Part shown: positions 54,394 through 64,000 of the stretch, one piece after another
Numbering within the stretch: the first letter of the stretch is position 1
Layout of the letters: each line of letters starts with the position of its first letter
Source: an uncultured Gemmatimonadota bacterium
GTDB lineage: Bacteria > JAAXHH01
DNA length: 64,000 nucleotides
Direction: 5' to 3'
NCBI GenBank assembly: GCA_951812955.1
Contig: OX638340.1
Span: forward strand, 3,040,001-3,104,000
Notes under the pieces: model-generated
Told to the model about the DNA's origin: nothing
Database searches by the model: none
What the model saw: the letters and a program-made list of their open reading frames with translations, nothing else
Made by a program: the position numbers and the translations under genes

Positions 54394-55009
54394 TTTCGGT
54401 ACGCCCGGCCGATCGGATTCCAAGGGGTTCTGCCTGGTCCTTTCCGCGCCGTCGGGCACGGGTAAAACCACCGTCGGCGAATTGCTCACCGCGGAAGATT
54501 CGACCATCGTCAGGTCCGTCTCCATGACGACCCGGAGCATGCGGCCGAACGAGCAAGACGGGGTGGATTACCGTTTTGTCAGCGCGGACGAATTCAAGGC
54601 GAAGATCAGGCAGGGCGCCTTTCTCGAATGGGCGGAAGTTTATGACGGCGTGCTTTACGGCACCCCCAGGGACACCGTCGAGCGGGTCATTCGATCCGGG
54701 GACGTGGCCCTGCTGGTCATCGACGTACAGGGCGGGCGGGCAGTCAAGGCCATATTCCCGGAAGCCGTACTCGTCTTTCTCATACCGCCTTCCATGGACT
54801 GCCTGTCAAGACGGTTGAAACAACGGGGCCTGGAAACCGACGATCAGATCCACAGGAGGCTGATCAAGGCGCGCACCGAAATGAAGTATCTGCCCGCATA
54901 TGACTACGGGGTTGAAAATGACGACGGAAAACAGCAGTTAACCGTCGACGCCATTCGAGGGATCATTACCGCCGAACGGCGTCGCATCAGCCGATGGGAG
55001 CCGCAATGA
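54368..55009 (+). CDS. gmk: guanylate kinase
   Basis: CLVLSAPSGTGKTTV P-loop; the start may be a TTG at 54386 rather than the ATG at 54368 (both overlap the yicC 3' end). Confidence 0.85.
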   Translation: MSRCRTLSDFGTPGRSDSKGFCLVLSAPSGTGKTTVGELLTAEDSTIVRSVSMTTRSMRPNEQDGVDYRFVSADEFKAKIRQGAFLEWAEVYDGVLYGTPRDTVERVIRSGDVALLVIDVQGGRAVKAIFPEAVLVFLIPPSMDCLSRRLKQRGLETDDQIHRRLIKARTEMKYLPAYDYGVENDDGKQQLTVDAIRGIITAERRRISRWEPQ

Positions 55010-55248
55010 ATACCGAAAAGCCAACGCAATACATATCCCAGGAGCGCATGAGGGAAGTCGCCGAAAACATCTACGAAGCCGTCATGATCACGGCCCTCGA
55101 GGCGCGGAGAATCAACCTCCACAACAAGATGCTGGGGACGCAGGAAGACCGCGCCGAAAAAGTGACGACCATGGCGCTGGACCGGTTGCTCGGCGACGAG
55201 TTGCGCTATGATTACCAGCCGGCCGGGGACGACGAGGCCGCGGAGTAA
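55006..55248 (+). CDS. rpoZ: RNA polymerase omega subunit
   Basis: NIYEAVMITALEARRIN omega core; ATGA overlap with the gmk stop when started at Met5 of the ORF-track frame. Confidence 0.8.
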   Translation: MNTEKPTQYISQERMREVAENIYEAVMITALEARRINLHNKMLGTQEDRAEKVTTMALDRLLGDELRYDYQPAGDDEAAE

Positions 55249-55262
55249 AACAGGAGTTCCCG

Positions 55263-56480
55263 ATGTCCAGGTTGAAAGGGCGCCGGATCGTCCTCGGGGT
55301 GACGGGCAGCATTTCGGCCTACAAGGCGGCGGAAGTCGTTCGCGGACTCGTTCAGGAGCAAGTGGACGTCCGGGTGGTCATGACGCGTGAAGCGCTCGCC
55401 TTTGTCGGCGCCGTAACATTCAGCGCCCTCACCGCGCGTCCCGTGGCCATCGAGCAGTTTCCCGATACCGGGTCGTCCGGTGAAGAACACGTGGATCTCG
55501 CGGTCTGGGCCGATACGGTGGCCATAGTGCCCGCCACGGCCAATATCATCGGCAAGATGGCGAACGGCCTGGGCGACGACCTGCTCTCCACCGTGATGCT
55601 GGCCTGCGAAGCGCCCTGTTGCCTGGCGCCGGCCATGAACTTCCGCATGTGGAGAAACGAGGCTGTCCAGGCGAATCTGGAACGGCTCAGAAACCGGGGC
55701 GTTCACGTCGTCGAACCGGAATTCGGGGCACTGGCGAACGGGGAAATGGGGGAGGGAAGGCTCGCGGCGCCGGATCGTATCGTGGAAGCGGTCGCCATTC
55801 TTGCCGATCCCGATCAGGACCTGGCCGGATGCAACGTGCTGGTGAGCGCCGGCCCCACGGCGGAGGACATCGATCCCGTCCGGTGCGTCACAAACCGTTC
55901 CAGCGGGAAGATGGGTTTTGCCGTTGCCAGGTCCGCGGCGCGTCGCGGCGCGTCGGTCACGCTGGTATCGGGACCTACAAACCTCCAGGATCCATACGGG
56001 GTGAACGTCGAACACGTCCGGTCCGCCGGTGAGATGCGCGAAGCCGTCCTGAGAAACCGCGAAGGTCAGCATGCCGTCATCATGGCTGCGGCAGTGTCGG
56101 ATTACCGGCCCGGCGTCCCGGTCCGCCGGAAGATGAAGAAGACGGAGGAGCGTCTTACGCTGGAAATGACGCGGACCGCCGATATCCTCAAGGAAGTGGC
56201 CGCGGACCGGCCGCCCGTGCTGATCGGCTTTGCCGCGGAGACCCATGACGGCATGGATTACGCGCGGAGGAAACTGGCGGAGAAGAACCTGGACCTGGTG
56301 GTCTTCAACGACATAACCGCCGAGGGCGCGGGGTTCGGGACGGATACGAACATCGTCACCCTGATACGCCGCGACGGCCGCGAGGAATCCCTTCCCATGC
56401 AATCCAAGTCCGGCGTGGCGGACCGCATAATGGACGAAGTCGCCCGCCTGCTGAGAAACCGGGAAGTCGTTCCCGCATGA
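55263..56480 (+). CDS. coaBC: bifunctional phosphopantothenoylcysteine decarboxylase / phosphopantothenate-cysteine ligase
   Basis: 405 aa; N-terminal flavoprotein (RIVLGVTGSISAYKAAEV) and C-terminal CoaB domains. Confidence 0.95.
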   Translation: MSRLKGRRIVLGVTGSISAYKAAEVVRGLVQEQVDVRVVMTREALAFVGAVTFSALTARPVAIEQFPDTGSSGEEHVDLAVWADTVAIVPATANIIGKMANGLGDDLLSTVMLACEAPCCLAPAMNFRMWRNEAVQANLERLRNRGVHVVEPEFGALANGEMGEGRLAAPDRIVEAVAILADPDQDLAGCNVLVSAGPTAEDIDPVRCVTNRSSGKMGFAVARSAARRGASVTLVSGPTNLQDPYGVNVEHVRSAGEMREAVLRNREGQHAVIMAAAVSDYRPGVPVRRKMKKTEERLTLEMTRTADILKEVAADRPPVLIGFAAETHDGMDYARRKLAEKNLDLVVFNDITAEGAGFGTDTNIVTLIRRDGREESLPMQSKSGVADRIMDEVARLLRNREVVPA

Positions 56481-57220
56481 ACCGACAAGCGTCGCTGGCC
56501 GACCTTATACGCGAGACCGTCGAGGCCGTGCAGCAGGAAGCGGAGCAGGGGCTTGAAACGCACTTCCTGCCGGAGGGCCTGGACAAGGTCCTTCCGCTGC
56601 CGGAACGGCGGCGGAAGCCCGAACGGGCCGCCCAGTCGGATCGTGCCACTTCCCTCGAAGCGCTGTATGAGAGGTACCATCTCTGCACGGCGTGCGCACT
56701 CGGTCACCAGCGAAAACATTTCGTATTCGGTTCCGGCAACGAAAACGCCGACGTGATGTTCGTGGGCGAAGCGCCCGGAGCCCATGAAGACGAGCAGGGC
56801 CAGCCCTTCGTAGGGGCGGCGGGCAAACTGCTGACCCGCATATTGAACGCCATCGATTTCACCCGGGACGAGGTCTACATCACCAACATCCTGAAATGCC
56901 GGCCGCCGAACAACCGGGACCCTCGGCCCGAAGAGATCGACGCCTGCGACGCCATCCTTAAAGAGCAGATACGCCTCGTTCAGCCCCGGCTGATCTGCGC
57001 CCTCGGTCGAGTCGCCGCCCAGGCACTGCTCAAGCGGAACAGTTCGATCCGAACCCTGCGAGGCAGGTTTCACGACTGTCACGGCGTGAAACTGCTGGTT
57101 ACGTACCATCCCTCCGGCCTGTTGCACAATCCGGCGTACAAACGGCCGACGTGGGAAGATGTACAGATGTTGCGGAAGGAATATGACCGCATCGTGCAAT
57201 CTGACGCGAAGGCGACCTAG
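56477..57220 (+). CDS. udg: uracil-DNA glycosylase, family 4
   Basis: 247 aa; [23 protein letters not shown] and HPS motifs, CTAC cysteines. Confidence 0.8.
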   Translation: MNRQASLADLIRETVEAVQQEAEQGLETHFLPEGLDKVLPLPERRRKPERAAQSDRATSLEALYERYHLCTACALGHQRKHFVFGSGNENADVMFVGEAPGAHEDEQGQPFVGAAGKLLTRILNAIDFTRDEVYITNILKCRPPNNRDPRPEEIDACDAILKEQIRLVQPRLICALGRVAAQALLKRNSSIRTLRGRFHDCHGVKLLVTYHPSGLLHNPAYKRPTWEDVQMLRKEYDRIVQSDAKAT

Positions 57221-57232
57221 GAGCGCGAATCC

Positions 57233-58594
<1,362 letters not shown>

Positions 58595-58628
58595 CCGTTT
58601 CCCCCGGATTACGCATGCTTACCCGCTC

Positions 58629-59375
58629 ATGATCGAAATCATCCATTTGAGTAAAGCCTTCGGAAAACCGGTGCTTAAAGACGTAAACCTGACCATCGAA
58701 TCGGGAGAGACCATGGTCATCATCGGCCGGAGCGGATGCGGCAAGAGCGTGCTGCTCAAGCACATAACGGGATTATTGCATCCGGATGGCGGCACCCTCC
58801 TGGTGGACGGAAGGGACGTTACCCGGTTGTACAGGCACGAGCTGGACGAAGTCAGGAAACGGTTCGGTTTCCTGTTCCAGGGCGGCGCCCTGTTCGATTC
58901 GATGACCGTGGGGGAGAATGTGGGGATCGCCCTGAAGGTTCACACCGACCGAACCGAAACGGAGATCGGCGAACGGGTGCGGACCTGTCTCCAGCTGGTC
59001 GGACTGTCCGACGTGGAGGACCAGAAACCCGCTGAACTTTCGGGCGGCATGCGTAAAAGAGTGGGACTCGCCCGGGCGATCGCCATGAATCCGGAGTACA
59101 TCCTGTACGACGAGCCCACCACGGGCCTGGATCCGATCATGGCGGACATCATCAACGACCTGATCCTTGACATGAACCGGCGGCTGTCGGTGACTGCGAT
59201 CGCGGTGACCCACGACATGATCAGCGCGTACAAGGTCGCGGACCGCATCGCCATGTTGCATGACGGGGTGATACACGTGGTGGGCACTCCGGATGAGATC
59301 AGGAACAGCGACGACCCGCTGGTTCAGCAGTTTATCATGGGCCGCGGCGAGGGCCCAATCAAATCTCTGGAATAA
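58629..59375 (+). CDS. ABC transporter ATP-binding protein (MlaF/Ttg2A-like), no adjacent permease gene
   Basis: MIEIIHLSKAFG...GRSGCGKSVLLK Walker A, LSGGMRKRVGLARA signature; start at internal Met32 of the ORF-track frame. Confidence 0.8.
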   Translation: MIEIIHLSKAFGKPVLKDVNLTIESGETMVIIGRSGCGKSVLLKHITGLLHPDGGTLLVDGRDVTRLYRHELDEVRKRFGFLFQGGALFDSMTVGENVGIALKVHTDRTETEIGERVRTCLQLVGLSDVEDQKPAELSGGMRKRVGLARAIAMNPEYILYDEPTTGLDPIMADIINDLILDMNRRLSVTAIAVTHDMISAYKVADRIAMLHDGVIHVVGTPDEIRNSDDPLVQQFIMGRGEGPIKSLE

Positions 59376-59414
59376 TCATGGATTGCTCCACAGGAGGATT
59401 ACGGGTCTCCCGGT

Positions 59415-60572
59415 ATGGCGTCGCTGGAATTTAACCTGCTCGCCCTGGACCCGGCTTCGAACGCGCGGGCCGGCCGCATGAAGACCGCCCACGGCGATAT
59501 CCGCACGCCGGTGTTCATGCCCGTGGGAACCCAGGCGACGGTGAAGACGCTTACGCCGGAGGAACTCGAAGCCGCCGGCGCGCAGATCATCCTGGGCAAC
59601 ACATACCACCTGTTTCTCCGGCCGGGGCATGCGTTGATCCGGAAAATGGGCGGGTTGCATGGCTTCATGAACTGGCGGCGCCCCCTGTTGACGGACAGCG
59701 GAGGCTACCAGGTCTTCAGCCTGTCCGATCTCAAGTCGATCGGAGAAGAAGGGGTGACGTTCCAGTCCCACATCGACGGCACGCGGCACTTATTCACGCC
59801 GGAGCTCGTCATGGATGTGGAGACCGCACTCGGCGCCGATATCATCGCGCCGCTCGACGAGTGTCCGCCCTATCCCTGCGATTACCGGTACGCGAAGGAT
59901 TCCGCCGCCCTGACGGTACGATGGGCGGCCCGTTCCCGGAAGCGTTTCGATGAACTGGAGGGAGAGAGAGCCCATGCACAGGCGCTGTTCGGCATCGTGC
60001 AGGGCAGCGTGTACGTGGATCTCCGGGTCGATTGCGCGCGATCGCTGGTCGACCAGGAATTCGACGCCTACGCCATCGGCGGCATGTCGATCGGTGAGCC
60101 GAAGTCGACCATGGGGGAACTGATCGACGCCACGGTAGAACACCTGCCGGAAGACCGGCCCCGTTATCTGATGGGCGCAGGGACGCCGGATGATTTGGTC
60201 GACGCGGTGGGACGGGGGATCGACATGTTCGACTGTGTGATTCCCACCCGCGAAGGACGAAACGGCGCGCTCTATACCCGCCGCGGCCGCATCAATATCT
60301 ACAATGCCCGTTTCCGGGATGATGCCGGACCGATCGACCCATCCTGTTCCTGCTACGCCTGCCGGACTTTCAGCAGATCGTACATCCGGCACCTGTACCG
60401 CGCTGGTGAAATCCTGGGTCCGAGAATGGGGACCCTGCACAACATCCACTTCTACGTCGGCCTGGCCTCCGAAATGGGAGAGGCCGTTCTGGAAGGGCGT
60501 TTCGGCGCGTGGCGAAGTTCGTTTTTAACCGCGTACCACAGTGAAAAAGAAAGAAAGGAGCGTGCTCAGTGA
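59415..60572 (+). CDS. tgt: queuine tRNA-ribosyltransferase
   Basis: 385 aa; TPVFMPVGTQATVK, zinc-binding CxCxxC...H near the C-terminus. Confidence 0.95.
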   Translation: MASLEFNLLALDPASNARAGRMKTAHGDIRTPVFMPVGTQATVKTLTPEELEAAGAQIILGNTYHLFLRPGHALIRKMGGLHGFMNWRRPLLTDSGGYQVFSLSDLKSIGEEGVTFQSHIDGTRHLFTPELVMDVETALGADIIAPLDECPPYPCDYRYAKDSAALTVRWAARSRKRFDELEGERAHAQALFGIVQGSVYVDLRVDCARSLVDQEFDAYAIGGMSIGEPKSTMGELIDATVEHLPEDRPRYLMGAGTPDDLVDAVGRGIDMFDCVIPTREGRNGALYTRRGRINIYNARFRDDAGPIDPSCSCYACRTFSRSYIRHLYRAGEILGPRMGTLHNIHFYVGLASEMGEAVLEGRFGAWRSSFLTAYHSEKERKERAQ

Positions 60573-60907
60573 TACAAGATGCCTTTGCCATGGGTCCCGG
60601 CGGCGGTGGAGGAGATGCCTCAGGACCGGGGTTCCTGATCTCCATGATCCCGATCCTGTTGATGTTCGCCATCATCTACCTGTTGCTGATCCGGCCGCAG
60701 CAGAAGAGACAGCGGGAACAGCAGGCCATGCTGGACAGTCTGCAGAACGGGGACAAGGTGGTGACGCAGGGCGGGATCATCGGTGTCATAACCGGACTCA
60801 AATCGGACGTGGTTACAGTGCGCATCGCCGATGACGTCCGGGTCGATCTGCAGCGCAGCGCGATTTCCCGCCTGATCAGCAGCAAGAAGGGCAACAAAGA
60901 AGAATAG
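60569..60907 (+). CDS. yajC: preprotein translocase subunit YajC
   Basis: 112 aa; single TM, then QQKRQREQQAMLDSLQNGDKVVTQGGIIG. Confidence 0.85.
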   Translation: MIQDAFAMGPGGGGGDASGPGFLISMIPILLMFAIIYLLLIRPQQKRQREQQAMLDSLQNGDKVVTQGGIIGVITGLKSDVVTVRIADDVRVDLQRSAISRLISSKKGNKEE

Positions 60908-60916
60908 GCGGCGGCC

Positions 60917-61471
60917 ATGGCGGTCAGATCCATACGCATATACGGCGATCCGATCCTGCGGGAGAAAGCGCGGCCTGTGGAGGAAACGACCGCGGCGCTG
61001 CGCCGCCTCGCGGAGGACATGATCGACACCATGATCGAGGCGGAGGGTATCGGTCTCGCCGCTCCGCAAGTCGGTGAGACCGTTCGCCTGTACGTGGTCA
61101 ACCTCGGGGCGATCAGTCCGGAACTCTTCCAGGACCGCAGGGGGCCGTCTCTGGATGGAGATCCGGCCCACCTGGCGCTGGTGAATCCGCGTGTCGTCAA
61201 GCAGGAGGGCGCGCAGACGGGCGACGAGGGATGCCTGAGTTTTCCGGACCTGTTCGAAAAGGTGACCCGGCCCGAGGTCGTGCGCGTCGAGGCGACCGAC
61301 CTGGACGGACGGCCCCTGGAGATCGAGGGCAGCGGGCTGCTGGCACGGGTCCTGATCCACGAATTGGACCACCTGGAAGGCACGCTTTTCATCGATTACC
61401 TCAGCAAGTTCCGGCTTCAGTTCCTCCGTACCCGGTTGAAGAAACTCAAGGCGAGCAGCCAGGCGGGCTGA
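60917..61471 (+). CDS. def: peptide deformylase
   Basis: GIGLAAPQ, EGCLSFP, HELDHLEG motifs. Confidence 0.95.
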   Translation: MAVRSIRIYGDPILREKARPVEETTAALRRLAEDMIDTMIEAEGIGLAAPQVGETVRLYVVNLGAISPELFQDRRGPSLDGDPAHLALVNPRVVKQEGAQTGDEGCLSFPDLFEKVTRPEVVRVEATDLDGRPLEIEGSGLLARVLIHELDHLEGTLFIDYLSKFRLQFLRTRLKKLKASSQAG

Positions 61472-61472
61472 T

Positions 61473-62429
61473 ATGCGCGTGGTCTACATGGGGACGCCCG
61501 AATTCGCCGTGCCGAGCCTGGAAGCGCTGATCGGGCGTACGGAACACGACGTGGCCGGGATCGTCACCGGACCCGACCGGCCACGAGGCCGCGGGTTGAA
61601 GACCGGTTCTTCCCCGGTGAAGGAAGCGGCCCTGCGACACGGTATTCCCCTCTGGCAGCCGGAAAAGCTGCGCGACCCGTGTTTCCTGAACGCCCTCCGG
61701 GCCCTGAAGGCCGATCTGTTCGTGGTCGTGGCCTTTCGCATCCTGCCGGCCGCACTGCTGGAGATACCCCCGGGAGGCGCGGTCAACCTGCATCCTTCCC
61801 TCCTTCCCAGGCACCGCGGCGCGGCGCCTATACAGTGGGCGGTGATGAGTGGCGACGAGGTTACAGGCGTTACCACCTTCCTGATCGAAAAGCGGGTGGA
61901 CGCGGGGGACATCCTCTGCCAGGAGACCGTGCCGATCGGCCCGGAAGAAACCGCCGGCGAGCTACACGACCGCCTGTCCCGTATAGGCGCCGACCTGCTG
62001 CTGCGTACGGTGGACCTGGTGGGGGCCGGCGGCATCCGGCCGCGGCCGCAGAAGGGCGAAGCATCGCCTGCGCCCAGGATATCCCGGGAGGACGGCCGTA
62101 TAGACTGGCGGCTTCCGGCCCGGGACATACACAACCGGGTGCGGGGGCTGAATCCGTTTCCCATGGCCTTCACCACCTGGCGCGGGAAGTTCCTCCGGAT
62201 CCTGACCAGCCGGACCGTGTCCCTGGAAGGAACAGGCGGACTGGAGCCGGGAAGGATCGTCTACGCCGACGAACGCAGGGGTATTGTGGTTCAGACTGGA
62301 GAAGGCGGGTTGAGGCTGGACAGGGTACAACCCGAAGGTCGCGGCCGGATCGAGGGGGTGGAATTCGTGCGGGGATACCTGCCCGCGGCGGGTGACCAGT
62401 TCGGCGCGTGCGATCCGCGGCCGGGTTGA
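61473..62429 (+). CDS. fmt: methionyl-tRNA formyltransferase
   Basis: 318 aa; MRVVYMGTPEFAVPSLEAL, SLLPRHRGAAPIQWA. Confidence 0.95.
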   Translation: MRVVYMGTPEFAVPSLEALIGRTEHDVAGIVTGPDRPRGRGLKTGSSPVKEAALRHGIPLWQPEKLRDPCFLNALRALKADLFVVVAFRILPAALLEIPPGGAVNLHPSLLPRHRGAAPIQWAVMSGDEVTGVTTFLIEKRVDAGDILCQETVPIGPEETAGELHDRLSRIGADLLLRTVDLVGAGGIRPRPQKGEASPAPRISREDGRIDWRLPARDIHNRVRGLNPFPMAFTTWRGKFLRILTSRTVSLEGTGGLEPGRIVYADERRGIVVQTGEGGLRLDRVQPEGRGRIEGVEFVRGYLPAAGDQFGACDPRPG

Positions 62430-62530
62430 CGGAGGTTCCGCCTGGCGCACGATCCGTGGCGGGTGACCTGTTCGGCGGACGCGATCCGCGGTCGGGTTGA
62501 CGGAGATTCCGCCGGGCGAAGGGCCGCCTG
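62390..62530. repeat. tandem direct repeat (2 copies, period about 72 bp) duplicating the last about 55 nt of fmt including its stop codon
   Basis: gggtgaccagttcggcgcgtgcgatccgcggccgggttgacggaggttccgcc vs gggtgacctgttcggcggacgcgatccgcggtcgggttgacggagattccgcc. Confidence 0.6.
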
Positions 62531-62616
62531 TCGCGCCGATGAACTAAAAGGAAGCCGCTCCCCGGAGATTGCCCGCCGGTACACGCGGCCGGAAAGCGCT
62601 GCGCGGAACCGTGACC

Positions 62617-64000
62617 ATGGATCGACTACACGAAGATTCGGCGGCCGAAGGCGAAGGGAACGCACCTCCTGTGCGTGAGATCGCGCTGCAGGCGCTGCAT
62701 CGCGCCGAAAGCCGGGACATCCTGCCCCGTGATGCCCTCAACGCCCTCTTCCAGCGGCACGCATTCCGTGACCGCGACAAGGCCTTCGCCACCGAATTGG
62801 TGTATGGCGTCATCCGCTGGCGCCGCCGCCTTGACTGGATGCTCGGTCAGCTGTTGCGTGGAAAACCGGAGTCGCTGACGCCGTGGATCCGCCTGATCCT
62901 CCGCATGGGCCTGTACCAGTTGATGCTGATGGACCGGGTCCCCGACGCCGCCGCCACCCATACGTCCGTGGAACTCGCCAGGCGGTACGGACATCAGGGT
63001 ACCGTCCGCCTGACCAATGCAGTCCTGCGGACTGCCGTGCGGAAGCGCGATCAACTGTCGCGGCCCGCGCGCGGGGATGATCCCGTCACGGAACTCGGCG
63101 TAACCCATTCCTATCCGGCATGGCTGTCGAAGCGGTGGATCGATCGGTATGGCGTGGATTCCGCCGCAGCCCTCATGGTGGCCGGGAACCGGCCTCCGCC
63201 GCTGACCATACGGGTCAACGTGCTGCGGGTCGCGGCACCGGACCTCGCCGAGACGCTGGAAGGCCAGGGAATCCAAGTCGAGCCCGGTCGCTGGCTCCGC
63301 GATTTCATGTCCATTCGCCAGGCGGGCGACCTTGGCAGACTGCCCGCTCACGAGGCGGGTTTATTCCAGGTCCAGGACGAGAGCGCGGGCCTCGCGGTGA
63401 GGCTCCTCGGCCCGAAGACCGGCGAAACCGTTGTCGATTTATGTTGCGCTCCGGGCGGAAAAACAACATATATTGCCCAAATTGTCGGCGCGGGCGGAAG
63501 GGTGATCGCCTGCGATTCGTCACCGCATCGACTCAGACGGGTGGAGGAACACCGGCGGCGAATGGGGTTGGGGCAGGTGCGTCTTGTCGCCATGGACGGC
63601 CGGTCGCCCGGTTTGGATGTGAAAGCCGATCGGGTCCTGGTCGACGCCCCCTGTTCCGGACTCGGTACCATTGCGCGCCGGCCCGACCTGCGGTGGCGGC
63701 GAACGGCGGAGGACATAGACCGGCTCCGCGGAGAACAGCTGGCGCTGTTGGAACGAGGCGCCGGACTGGTGAAACCCGGCGGCGTCCTGGTGTACAGTAC
63801 GTGCACCATCGAGCCCGACGAGAATGAAGAGGTCGTTGCCGCGTTCTGCGACAGGCATCCAGGGTTTCGGGCGGACGGCCCCGAAGACTGGCCGGAGGGA
63901 CTGGCCCGGGTCACGGACGGCGTGGGCAGGATCGCCACGCTGCCGTCTGTACACGGCGTAGACGGGAGTTTCGCGGCGCGGCTCAGACGAGCCGGCTGAC
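62617..64000 (+). CDS. rsmB: 16S rRNA (cytosine967-C5)-methyltransferase RsmB/Sun, 3'-partial at the window end
   Basis: N-terminal NusB-like domain (AFATELVYGVIRWRRRLDWML), then an AdoMet methyltransferase domain (DLCCAPGGKT). The ORF-track frame begins at a TTG at 62569; Met17 (62617) is the first ATG. Confidence 0.85.

Overview
High-GC (about 62-63%) bacterial chromosomal segment, almost entirely core housekeeping genes; phylum not assignable from sequence. Blocks: (1) 1..18114, minus strand, one contiguous str/S10/spc/alpha ribosomal super-operon: rpsL-rpsG-fusA-tuf-rpsJ-rplCDWB-rpsS-rplV-rpsC-rplP-rpmC-rpsQ-rplNXE-rpsN(type Z)-rpsH-rplFR-rpsE-rpmD-rplO-secY-adk-infA-rpmJ-rpsMKD-rpoA (rpoA is 5'-partial at the window edge). 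(2) 18323..31570, minus: rpoC, rpoB, rplL, rplJ, rplA, rplK, nusG, secE, a second near-identical tuf copy, and a thrU-tyrU-glyT-thrT-like tRNA cluster with a consensus promoter. (3) 31689..36520, minus: aspS plus a small operon (DUF624-like membrane protein, tmk, small membrane protein, CX5R phosphatase, TIM-barrel isomerase). (4) 36712..51470, plus: a 15-gene aromatic amino-acid supraoperon (trpE-trpG-trpD-trpC-trpF-aroE-aroC-aroK::aroB fusion-aroQ-trpB-trpA-aroH-DAHP synthase-tyrA-pheA). It is preceded by a consensus sigma70-type promoter, a 39-codon leader ORF enriched in Trp/Phe/Tyr codons (including tandem TGG TGG) and an intrinsic terminator, i.e. a candidate ribosome-mediated attenuator. 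(5) 51481..53328, minus: rqcH/NFACT, convergent on pheA. (6) 53515..end, plus: yicC-gmk-rpoZ-coaBC-udg(family 4)-dnaB-ABC ATPase-tgt-yajC-def-fmt-rsmB (rsmB 3'-partial). No CRISPR, mobile element, defence or biosynthetic island was found; the most interesting signals are regulatory (the aromatic-codon leader/attenuator, repeated palindromic motifs, duplicated segments). The many long ORFs antisense to rpoB/rpoC/secY/trp genes are GC-driven artefacts. Coordinates of non-CDS features are read by eye and may be off by 1-2 nt.
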